Position numbers and translations under genes: made by a program
Shown: positions 39,834 to 48,677 of the stretch, in pieces
How positions within the stretch are numbered: the stretch's first letter is position 1
How the letters are laid out: every line of letters starts with the position of its first letter
The notes under the pieces: generated by a model
Database searches by the model: none
Told to the model about the DNA's origin: nothing
Seen by the model: only the letters and a program-made list of their open reading frames with translations
Source: Flavobacteriales bacterium
GTDB taxonomy: Bacteria > Bacteroidota > Bacteroidia > Flavobacteriales > BACL11
Assembly (NCBI GenBank): GCA_002705205.1
Contig: PAHP01000007.1
Location: 54,866-118,865, forward strand
Length of the DNA stretch: 64,000 bases
Direction of reading: 5' to 3'

Positions 39834-40326
39834 TTTGGATACCTTATTTTTAGATAGAGATGGTGTAATAAATAAGAAATTGGAAGGTAGGTACGTCTCT
39901 GATTTCTCAGAGTTTGAGTTTATGAAGGGAGCTGTAGATGCTATTGCAAAACTTACACTAGCCTTTAATAGAATTATAATTATTACGAATCAGCAGGGGA
40001 TTGCCAAAGAAATAATGTCAGCTACTGATCTGCATACTTTGCATGCTAAAATGGAAGAATCTATAGAGATCTCAGGAGGTAAGATAGATAAAATATATTA
40101 TTGTCCTCATTTAGAAAGTATTGATTGCAAGTGTAGAAAGCCAAATACAGGAATGATTGAAGATGCGTTATTAGATTTCCCTAAAATAGTAATTAAAGAA
40201 TCTTATTTGGTAGGTGATTCAGAATCTGACATTGAAGCTGGAAAGAGGATGAATTTAAAAACTATTAAAGTTGATAATGAGTATACTCTTTCAAAATGGG
40301 CCAGTGAATTACTATCTAGTATCTAA
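39826..40326 (+). CDS. gmhB: D-glycero-D-manno-heptose 1,7-bisphosphate phosphatase (HAD-IIIA)
   Basis: LFLDRDGVIN, TNQQGI, CPH...C.CRKP and VGDSESD; ATG at 39826. Confidence 0.92.
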   Translation: MNNLDTLFLDRDGVINKKLEGRYVSDFSEFEFMKGAVDAIAKLTLAFNRIIIITNQQGIAKEIMSATDLHTLHAKMEESIEISGGKIDKIYYCPHLESIDCKCRKPNTGMIEDALLDFPKIVIKESYLVGDSESDIEAGKRMNLKTIKVDNEYTLSKWASELLSSI

Positions 40327-40358
40327 GATTTTATTAATTTTACAGCAAAACAAGAGAA

Positions 40359-41399
40359 GTGTTTAATCCTGAGAATAATATCTTTTTTGCATTACTTGGA
40401 TCATTTTTGATTACGTATATTGCTATCCCAAAAGTCATCTTTTTTGCTCAAAGATTTCGGCTTGCAGACAGAGCAGGAAGTAGATCTTCACATAAAGGAA
40501 GTGTTCCTGTTTTGGGAGGTGTAGCAATTTTTTCAGGCCTTATTTCGTCTCTTCTTTTTTTTGCTGAATTAGCTAATATCCAATTTATTATTGTAAGTCT
40601 TCTCATTGTTTTTTTTGTGGGATTAATTGATGATTTGCTTTCTCTTTCGCCTTATAAAAAGCTATTAGGTCAGATTATTTCTATTTTGGTTGTTATTTAT
40701 TTTGGAGATATACAGATTGACAATATGCATGGGGTATTAGGAGTTTATGATTTGCCAGATATTTTTGCTACTTTTTTTACTGTCTTTGTAGTTATTGTAA
40801 TTACGAATGGGTTTAATTTAATTGATGGTGTTGATGGCTTAGCTTGTGGTATTGGGATTATTTCTGCATTTTGTTTTGGTATAGTCGCATTTCTTATGAA
40901 TCAGTTGGACATGGTAATTATAGCCTTTTCATTAATTGGGGCTTTAATGGCATTCTTAAAATATAATTTCCATCCTGCCCGTATCTTTATGGGTGATACA
41001 GGCTCATTAGTTGTTGGGATGGTTCTTTCAGTATTAGCAATCAATGTTATTAAAAGTGGATTGGTTACTGAATTAGCTAGTATGCCAAATAAAGGGCCTC
41101 TATTAGCAATTGTTTTTTTAGCAATTCCACTTTTTGATTCATTAAGGGTTTTTATTGTTAGAAGTTCAAACGGAAAAGATCCTTTAAGACCAGGAAGAGA
41201 TCATATTCATCATGCTTTACTAGACTTAGGGATGGGTCATGTAAAAACAGCTCTTATCCTTTATATACTAAGTTTTTCATTAATACTTCTTTCTTATTTT
41301 CTTCTTTATTTGAATATTAATTATAGTATAACGATTCTAGCTTTAATAAGCTATATACTTTTGATTATACCATTCTATTTATTAAGAAATAAATCATGA
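40359..41399 (+). CDS. wecA: Undecaprenyl-phosphate GlcNAc-1-phosphate transferase (WecA/TagO, MraY family)
   Basis: RSSH...PVLGG, GLIDD, NGFNLIDGVDGL, IFMGDTGS and DHIHH; GTG start. Confidence 0.88.
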   Translation: MFNPENNIFFALLGSFLITYIAIPKVIFFAQRFRLADRAGSRSSHKGSVPVLGGVAIFSGLISSLLFFAELANIQFIIVSLLIVFFVGLIDDLLSLSPYKKLLGQIISILVVIYFGDIQIDNMHGVLGVYDLPDIFATFFTVFVVIVITNGFNLIDGVDGLACGIGIISAFCFGIVAFLMNQLDMVIIAFSLIGALMAFLKYNFHPARIFMGDTGSLVVGMVLSVLAINVIKSGLVTELASMPNKGPLLAIVFLAIPLFDSLRVFIVRSSNGKDPLRPGRDHIHHALLDLGMGHVKTALILYILSFSLILLSYFLLYLNINYSITILALISYILLIIPFYLLRNKS

Positions 41400-43042
41400 A
41401 ACGAATTCTTCTAATAGTCTTCACATTATATTCATTATTAACTTTAGCTCAGCAGTCTAATCTTTTACTAGGGAAGGGTTATAATATTAATATTTATAAG
41501 GAAATCTATGTTAATGATTTAGATATACATACATCATTTAATCCAATAATAAAATCAAAATTAAATTTCTCTTCTGATTCAGTTATTGAAGAAACTGTTC
41601 AGAAAAGATATCAGAATAGGGTTCTAAAGAAGATATTCTCAGAGCATCTTATTATTTTAAAGGGAGAGGATTATAAAGTTATTGCATCTCCAATAATTAA
41701 CTTTTCTAAAGGAAAGGAGCTAGATGAATTAAAGAATACTTTTGAAAATACAAGAGGATATATGATTGAAGGCGACCTTGGAGATAAAATATCATTTGTA
41801 ACAACATTCTCTGAGAACCAGGCTATATTTCCTAATTATTTAGATAAATATATTAAAGAAAATAGAATTGTGCCTGGACAGGGTTATGCTAGAAGGTTTA
41901 AAGAAACAGGATATGATTATGCTATGTCATCTGGATATGTTACTCTTCGAGTAAATAAGATGTTTGCAGTGCAATCTGGGCATGGCAAGCATTTTATTGG
42001 AGATGGATATCGTTCATTATTATTATCTGATAATTGCTTTAATTATCCATATTTAAAATTACAAACAACTTTTTGGAAACTTGAATACACTAACCTGTAT
42101 ACTGAGTTTATGGATATTAATTATTTTCTTACTAATGAGCTTGCTAATAGTGAACAAATGGGCTACCCTAAGAAATATATGTCAGCACACTATTTAAGTC
42201 TAAATGCAACAAAAAGATTTAATGTATCTTTATTTGAATCAGTTGTTTGGAGAATGAACCATGCTCCTGGATCATCAGGCTTTGACATAAATTATTTAAA
42301 TCCAATTGTAATGTTAAGGCCAATAGAATTCTCAGTTAACTCTCCTGATAATGTTCTAGTTGGTGTGAATGCAAAATATAAGACAACTCGTTATTCTTAT
42401 ATTTATGGACAATTAATCTTGGATGAGTTTAGTATTAATGATTTAAGACAACAAAATGGTTTTTGGGGAAATAAGATGGGTTACCAATTAGGCTATAAGA
42501 TTTTTGATCCATTTAAAATTACAGGTCTCACTTTGCAAACTGAATACAATTATGTAAGGCCATATACTTATGCTCATCATAATCCTCAACAGAATTATGC
42601 TCATTATAATCAGCCATTAGCACACCCTTTAGGGGCAAACTTTTCTGAATTTTTAGTTATGGCAGATTATAGATGGAATAGGCTAGAAATTAATGCAAAG
42701 ATGATGTTTGCAAAATATGGAGGGAATTCACTTCTCAATGACAGCACATCTTATGGCAATGATCTATTTATGTCAACAGGCGCTTATGCAAGTGAGGAAG
42801 GCTTAACAGGAATAGGTGTTGGGAGGCCATCTGATTTTGGAATTGAAATGTATCAAGGAAGTTTGAATATGATAGAGTATAAAAGTTTAAATATCTCATA
42901 TATAATTAATCCCTATACTAATTTGAAAATTAATATAGGCGTTGTTTTACGAAATCAAAATAATAATGATGGTAGCCAAGAAACTAGATTTATTAATTTG
43001 GGGATAAAGACAGACTTATTTAATCATTATTACGATATATAA
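41396..43042 (+). CDS. RemB-like / Wzi capsule-assembly-like outer-membrane protein
   Basis: Signal peptide ending AQ; GHGKHFIGDGYRSLLLSD, FESVVW, YLNP, YGQLILDE, VRPYTY and NQPLAHPLGANF; ends HYYDI. Confidence 0.78.
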   Translation: MKRILLIVFTLYSLLTLAQQSNLLLGKGYNINIYKEIYVNDLDIHTSFNPIIKSKLNFSSDSVIEETVQKRYQNRVLKKIFSEHLIILKGEDYKVIASPIINFSKGKELDELKNTFENTRGYMIEGDLGDKISFVTTFSENQAIFPNYLDKYIKENRIVPGQGYARRFKETGYDYAMSSGYVTLRVNKMFAVQSGHGKHFIGDGYRSLLLSDNCFNYPYLKLQTTFWKLEYTNLYTEFMDINYFLTNELANSEQMGYPKKYMSAHYLSLNATKRFNVSLFESVVWRMNHAPGSSGFDINYLNPIVMLRPIEFSVNSPDNVLVGVNAKYKTTRYSYIYGQLILDEFSINDLRQQNGFWGNKMGYQLGYKIFDPFKITGLTLQTEYNYVRPYTYAHHNPQQNYAHYNQPLAHPLGANFSEFLVMADYRWNRLEINAKMMFAKYGGNSLLNDSTSYGNDLFMSTGAYASEEGLTGIGVGRPSDFGIEMYQGSLNMIEYKSLNISYIINPYTNLKINIGVVLRNQNNNDGSQETRFINLGIKTDLFNHYYDI

Positions 43043-43713
43043 TGGCAATGATTCTCTGTATTGAGACAGCTACTAAGAACTGCTCTGTTGCACTTTTTGA
43101 GCATGGAAGTTTATTACAACTAAAAGAACAGAATTCAGTAGATTATTCTCATGCTGAGTTACTTACTTTATTTATTCAACAGGTACTAGAAGAATCCAAG
43201 ATTACATTCCAGGACCTGGATGCTATTGCATTCAGTAAAGGTCCAGGCTCATATACGGGGCTTAGAATTGGAACGTCAACAGCTAAAGGGTTATGCTATT
43301 CTTTAGATATTCCTCTTATATCGATTTCAACCTTAAAGGCCATGGCTCTTAGAATCTCAGAGTCTTATGAGTCTAGATTATTTTGCCCTATGATTGATGC
43401 TAAACGAATGGAGGTATTTGCTGGCATTTATGATAATGATAATAATGAGATTAGGCAAATAAGAGCTGATATTGTTAATGAAGAGACTTATATAGATTAT
43501 CTTAATAAGAGGGTATTGTTTTTTGGAGATGGTGCAATCAAATGCAAAGAAGCAATTAATAATAAAAATGCAAAATTTATTGAGGGTATTTATCCTTCAG
43601 CTAAGAATATAGGAAGTCTTTCTTATCAAAAGTTTCTAAATAAAGAGTTTGAGGACATGGCTTATTTTACCCCCTATTATCTGAAAGATTTTATTGTTGG
43701 CAAAAAGGGCTAA
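43042..43713 (+). CDS. tsaB: tRNA threonylcarbamoyladenosine biosynthesis protein TsaB
   Basis: IETAT..CSVAL, HAE.L, GPGSYTGLRIG, IDAKRMEV and PYYLK. Confidence 0.95.
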   Translation: MAMILCIETATKNCSVALFEHGSLLQLKEQNSVDYSHAELLTLFIQQVLEESKITFQDLDAIAFSKGPGSYTGLRIGTSTAKGLCYSLDIPLISISTLKAMALRISESYESRLFCPMIDAKRMEVFAGIYDNDNNEIRQIRADIVNEETYIDYLNKRVLFFGDGAIKCKEAINNKNAKFIEGIYPSAKNIGSLSYQKFLNKEFEDMAYFTPYYLKDFIVGKKG

Positions 43714-45536
43714 ATTCTTTTTCTTTTAGCTGCAGCATTAAACCTGCTTTTAAAGGAAGTTGAACTCCCTTTTGAACTTTTACTACTTCCTTCTCTAGAA
43801 AGAAGAGTTCTTCTTGAGGTTGATTTTCTACTAGTTTTTTTTCTTTTTGCAGAGAATTTTCTGCCTCCTCTTTTTCCAGCCCCTCTTGAATTCTTTTTAC
43901 CTGGAGCTTGTGAGATCTCAACATTAATTTTATTCCCATTCCAATTTGCATCTGACATGCCACTTAATATGTCCCCCTCAAATTCAGTAGAAATCTCAAA
44001 GAATGAGAATTTTCTCATGATATCAATTTTACCTACAGGGATATTTCTATTTCTGGTATACTCATTAATAAGCCCTATAAGGTTGTGAGTTTGAAGGTTC
44101 TTTTCTTTTCCTATATTTATAAAGAATCTTGTATGACCTTCTTCTGCATGCCCAGTTCTTTTTCCTTTGCTCTTTCTGATATTAGTATTCTCATTCTGTT
44201 CTCTCTTTTTACTGCCAGAAACATTTAGGTCAGGAGCATTTTTATAGAATGATAAAAATCTATTGAATTCAGTTGAGACAAAATGTTTTATTAATTCTTC
44301 TTTTTCTAGATGTGCTAATTTTTCTTCAATAGAAGGAAGGTATTTTTCAATTTGATGATTTACCTTAGTGTCTACTACTTTGTCAATTAGTTTCATTAAT
44401 TGAATTTGACATATCTCATCGCCATTAGGCACTTTTTTAAGTGTTAATTTGCGCTTGATCATTTTTTCTATTGCCTTTAACTTTCTTCCGTCACGGCTGT
44501 GAGCGATAATTATTGAAATTCCTTTATTGCCAGCCCTACCCGTTCTTCCTGATCTATGTACATATATTTCATTGTCATCAGGCAAGTTGTAGTTAATAAC
44601 ATGTGTGAGCTCATTAATATCAATCCCTCTTGCAGCTACATCAGTCGCTACTAATATTTGTAATTTTCTTTGTCTGAATCTTCCCATTACATGATCTCTT
44701 TGAGCTTGAGATAATTCTCCATGTATGGCATCTGCGTTATAGCCATCTTGCATCAATTTATCTGCTACATCAGCCGTCTCTCTTCTTGTTCTGCAAAATA
44801 CTATCCCGTAAATATCTGGATTTACATCACAGATTCTTCTTAAAGCTTTATACCTATCACGAGCATTTACCATATAATAATGGTGATCAACATCTTTTGC
44901 ACCCTCATTCCTGCTTGCAACCTCTATAGTTTTAGGGCTAAACATATAGTTTTTGCTAATTTTCATTACTTCTTTTGGCATAGTTGCAGAGAATAAAAGC
45001 GTTTGTTTTTCTTCAGGAGTTTCTGCAAGGATTGTGTCTAAATCATCTTTAAATCCCATGTTTAACATTTCATCTGCTTCATCTAAGATGACAAACTCAA
45101 TATTTTGTAGTTTTAATGATTTTCTATTTATTAAATCAATAACTCTACCAGGAGTTCCTACAATAATTTGAGTGCCTGCTTTTAATGATTTTATTTGAGG
45201 GATAATACTTGCACCTCCATATACAGGCGTTACTTTTAGGCCTTTAATATATTTTGAGTATGAAGTTATATCTTTAGATATTTGAAGGCATAGTTCTCTA
45301 GTAGGACATAGGATAATTGCTTGAGGCAGTTTCCTTTCAATATTAATTTTATGTAGTACTGGAAGCCCAAAAGCAGCAGTCTTTCCTGTTCCTGTTTGTG
45401 CAAGCGCAATAAGATCTGTTTCATTTTCAAGCAAGTATGGTACCGCTTCTTGTTGAATAGGTGTTAGTGATTCAAAGCCTAAATCCTCTATTGCTTTTAA
45501 GATGTTTTTATTTAATCCTGCTTCTTGGAATGTCAT
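43710..45536 (-). CDS. DEAD-box RNA helicase (DeaD/CshA-like) with DbpA RNA-binding domain and basic tail
   Basis: Q motif TPIQ, AQTGTGKT, PTREL, DEAD, SAT and HRSGRTGRAG; K/R/S-rich C-terminus. TATTTTTG box at 45551-45558. Confidence 0.95.
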   Translation of the reverse strand: MTFQEAGLNKNILKAIEDLGFESLTPIQQEAVPYLLENETDLIALAQTGTGKTAAFGLPVLHKINIERKLPQAIILCPTRELCLQISKDITSYSKYIKGLKVTPVYGGASIIPQIKSLKAGTQIIVGTPGRVIDLINRKSLKLQNIEFVILDEADEMLNMGFKDDLDTILAETPEEKQTLLFSATMPKEVMKISKNYMFSPKTIEVASRNEGAKDVDHHYYMVNARDRYKALRRICDVNPDIYGIVFCRTRRETADVADKLMQDGYNADAIHGELSQAQRDHVMGRFRQRKLQILVATDVAARGIDINELTHVINYNLPDDNEIYVHRSGRTGRAGNKGISIIIAHSRDGRKLKAIEKMIKRKLTLKKVPNGDEICQIQLMKLIDKVVDTKVNHQIEKYLPSIEEKLAHLEKEELIKHFVSTEFNRFLSFYKNAPDLNVSGSKKREQNENTNIRKSKGKRTGHAEEGHTRFFINIGKEKNLQTHNLIGLINEYTRNRNIPVGKIDIMRKFSFFEISTEFEGDILSGMSDANWNGNKINVEISQAPGKKNSRGAGKRGGRKFSAKRKKTSRKSTSRRTLLSREGSSKSSKGSSTSFKSRFNAAAKRKRI

Positions 45537-45639
45537 TCTTCAAATTTCTGCAAAAATACTCTTATCTAGGAAAATATAACTATAATTATTTTTTTTCTCT
45601 AAGTTATTATTTCCAATAAGTTTAAAACTCGTTATATTT

Positions 45640-45670
45640 TTGTTTTTTATTTGTTGTTTTTTATTTGTTG
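45640..45670 (+). repeat. 14-bp tandem direct repeat, about 2.2 copies
   Basis: TTGTTTTTTATTTG at 45640-45653 and 45654-45667, then TTG. Confidence 0.7.
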
Positions 45671-45703
45671 CAAAGTGTATTTTTGCCATCTAAATACTTG
45701 CTA

Positions 45704-48589
45704 ATGCTTATAGATAAATTCTCTGACAGACATATTGGCCCCAGAAAAGATGATATTATTGACATGCTTAAAGCTGTAGGGTCTTGCTCATTAACGCAAT
45801 TGATTTCTGAGACACTTCCTCACAATATTCATTTAACTACTAAGATGAATCTACCTGATGCTTTGTCAGAAAGTAGATATATAGAACATATAAAAAGGAT
45901 TGCTAGAAAGAATAAGAATTACCGCTCTTATATAGGAATGGGTTATTTTAATACAATTCTTCCTGGAGTTATTCAAAGAAATATACTTGAGAATCCTGGA
46001 TGGTATACGGCTTATACTCCTTACCAAGCAGAGATTGCTCAAGGAAGATTAGAAGCATTATTAAATTTTCAGACTATGGTTATTGATTTAACAGGTATGG
46101 AGTTAGCAAATGCATCATTACTTGATGAAGGTACTGCAGCTGCCGAAGCAATGGCAATGCTTTTTGGTTGTAGAACTAGAAAGCAGAAAAAAGCGGATGT
46201 TTATAAATTTTTTGTTTCGGAGCTATGTTACCCCCAAACGATTGCAATAATCAGAACTAGAGCTATCCCTTTAGGAATTGAGCTAGTTGTAGGTAATCAT
46301 AATGAATTAGAATTAGATGACACTTACTTTGGATGCATTCTTCAGTATCCTTCAAAATATGGTGAGGTTTATGATTATTCTAGTGTTATTAAAATGGCTA
46401 AAGAGAATGAAATCGGCATTGTGGTAGCCGCTGATTTACTTAGTCTGTCCTTATTGACTCCTCCTGGAGAATGGGGTGCAGACATAGTGGTTGGAACAAC
46501 TCAAAGGTTTGGAATTCCTATGGGTTATGGAGGTCCTCATGCTGCTTATTTTGCAGCGGCTGAAAGATACAAAAGAAGTATACCTGGAAGGATTATTGGA
46601 GTATCAGAAGATATGGATGGCAATAGAGCATTACGTATGGCCTTGCAAACAAGAGAACAGCATATTAAAAGAGAGAAAGCAACTTCAAATATTTGTACTG
46701 CTCAAGTCTTATTAGCTGTAATGGCAAGCTTCTATGCAGTTTATCATGGGAGAAATGGCCTTAAAAGAATAAGTAAAAATATTCACTCACTTGCAGCTAC
46801 TTTGTCTGAAGGACTAACTCAGTTAGGCTATCATCAGTTAAATAAGATTTATTTTGATACTTTAAAAGTAGGTGTAGGTAATGTTTCAATGGAAAACATT
46901 AAAACATATGCTGAGGATTCTAAACTTAATTTTAATTATATTGATGACCAGACTTTATCAATTAGTATTGATGAGAAAGATGATTTAGATAATATCAATA
47001 ATATCCTTGAGGTTTTTGCTAAAAGTTGTAATCATTCTGACTCTGTCGATTTAATTAATGAGGTATTGAGTGGAGATTATACGGAAGCAACTGCTAGAAT
47101 TCCAGATCATTTATACAGAAAGTCAACTTTTATGAGTCATGATGTATTTAATAAATATCATTCAGAAACTGAATTAATGAGATATATTAAAAGTTTAGAA
47201 AATAAAGATCTCTCATTAACACATTCAATGATTCCTTTAGGTTCTTGTACAATGAAATTAAATGCTGCTTCAGAGTTATTTCCATTAAGTTGGTCAGAGT
47301 TTGGTAATTTACATCCTTTTGCACCTGCTCATCAGGCAAGAGGTTATCATATTATGTTTCATGAATTAGAAGAAATGTTATGTGAGATCACTGGATTTGA
47401 CGCAATAAGTTTGCAGCCAAATTCTGGAGCTCAAGGTGAGTTTACTGGTTTAATGGTGATTAGAGCATATCATGCAAGCAGAGGCAATGAACACAGAGAC
47501 ATATGCTTAATTCCTGAGTCAGCACATGGGACTAATCCTGCTTCAGCAGTTATGGCTGGGATGAAGGTGATTATTGTCCCTTGTAATGAAGATGGTAACA
47601 TAGATTTGAAGGCCTTAAGAGTAAAAGTAGATGAGAATGCAGAGAGGTTGTCGTGTTTAATGATAACTTATCCTTCTACACATGGCGTTTATGAGGAGGA
47701 TATAATAGAGATAACAAAGATTATTCATAATAAAGGAGGACAAGTTTATATGGATGGGGCGAACATGAATGCTCAGGTTGGGATTACAAATCCTGCAATT
47801 ATTGGAGCTGATGTTTGTCATTTAAATTTACACAAAACATTTGCTATACCACATGGAGGTGGTGGGCCTGGAGCAGGTCCTATTGGAGTTCTCGAACATT
47901 TAAAGCCATTTTTGCCAAACAACCCATTAGTTAAGGTTGGAGGCGAGAATGGAATGTCAATTTCTTCTGCTCCTTGGGGTAGCGCGTTGATATATTCAAT
48001 ATCGTATGCATGTATTAAGATGCTCGGCGAGAAAGGACTGACTTTATCGACTCAGATTGCAATATTAAATGCAAACTATTTAAAAGAAGTGTTATCAGAG
48101 TATTACACTATATTATACAAAGGTGTTAACGGCCGGGTCGCTCATGAGATGATTCTTGATTTTAGACAATTTAAAAAAGATGGAATAGAGGTTGTTGATA
48201 TTGCTAAGCGTTTGATGGATTATGGATTTCATGCTCCAACGGTATCTTTCCCTGTCGCAGGAACATTGATGATTGAGCCAACTGAGAGTGAGAGTAAGTT
48301 AGAGCTTGATAGGTTCTGCGATGCAATGATTGCAATTAAATCTGAGATTGATGAGATAGTTAATGGTGATATAGAAGTAGAAGATAGTGTTTTGAAAAAT
48401 GCACCTCACACTATAGATCTTGCAGTTAATGATACGTGGAATTTTTCTTATTCAAGAAAGAAAGCTTTTTTCCCTTTAAACTGGATAAATAAACATAAGT
48501 TTTGGCCATCTGTCAGGAGAGTGAATGATGCATATGGAGATAGGAATCTCGTTTGTTCTTGTGCACCAATCTCTGATTATAAGGATTAA
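45704..48589 (+). CDS. gcvP: Glycine dehydrogenase (decarboxylating), P protein
   Basis: RHIGP, YTPYQAEIAQGRLE, REKATSNICTAQ, PLGSCTMK and PLP-Lys motif HLNLHKTF. ATG at 45704 downstream of the TATTTTTG box at 45678-45685. Confidence 0.97.
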   Translation: MLIDKFSDRHIGPRKDDIIDMLKAVGSCSLTQLISETLPHNIHLTTKMNLPDALSESRYIEHIKRIARKNKNYRSYIGMGYFNTILPGVIQRNILENPGWYTAYTPYQAEIAQGRLEALLNFQTMVIDLTGMELANASLLDEGTAAAEAMAMLFGCRTRKQKKADVYKFFVSELCYPQTIAIIRTRAIPLGIELVVGNHNELELDDTYFGCILQYPSKYGEVYDYSSVIKMAKENEIGIVVAADLLSLSLLTPPGEWGADIVVGTTQRFGIPMGYGGPHAAYFAAAERYKRSIPGRIIGVSEDMDGNRALRMALQTREQHIKREKATSNICTAQVLLAVMASFYAVYHGRNGLKRISKNIHSLAATLSEGLTQLGYHQLNKIYFDTLKVGVGNVSMENIKTYAEDSKLNFNYIDDQTLSISIDEKDDLDNINNILEVFAKSCNHSDSVDLINEVLSGDYTEATARIPDHLYRKSTFMSHDVFNKYHSETELMRYIKSLENKDLSLTHSMIPLGSCTMKLNAASELFPLSWSEFGNLHPFAPAHQARGYHIMFHELEEMLCEITGFDAISLQPNSGAQGEFTGLMVIRAYHASRGNEHRDICLIPESAHGTNPASAVMAGMKVIIVPCNEDGNIDLKALRVKVDENAERLSCLMITYPSTHGVYEEDIIEITKIIHNKGGQVYMDGANMNAQVGITNPAIIGADVCHLNLHKTFAIPHGGGGPGAGPIGVLEHLKPFLPNNPLVKVGGENGMSISSAPWGSALIYSISYACIKMLGEKGLTLSTQIAILNANYLKEVLSEYYTILYKGVNGRVAHEMILDFRQFKKDGIEVVDIAKRLMDYGFHAPTVSFPVAGTLMIEPTESESKLELDRFCDAMIAIKSEIDEIVNGDIEVEDSVLKNAPHTIDLAVNDTWNFSYSRKKAFFPLNWINKHKFWPSVRRVNDAYGDRNLVCSCAPISDYKD

Positions 48590-48632
48590 GATATTCTAAA
48601 AGATCTGCCATTGCTATATGCCTTATATGTAG

Positions 48633-48640
48633 TATATTTG
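48633..48640 (+). promoter_or_regulatory. Bacteroidota sigma-70 promoter (-7 box, with -33 TTG at 48611-48613)
   Basis: TATATTTG with TTG 19 nt upstream. Confidence 0.65.
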
Positions 48641-48677
48641 CAAAACAAGTATAAGTTAATAATTAAAAAAATAAAAA

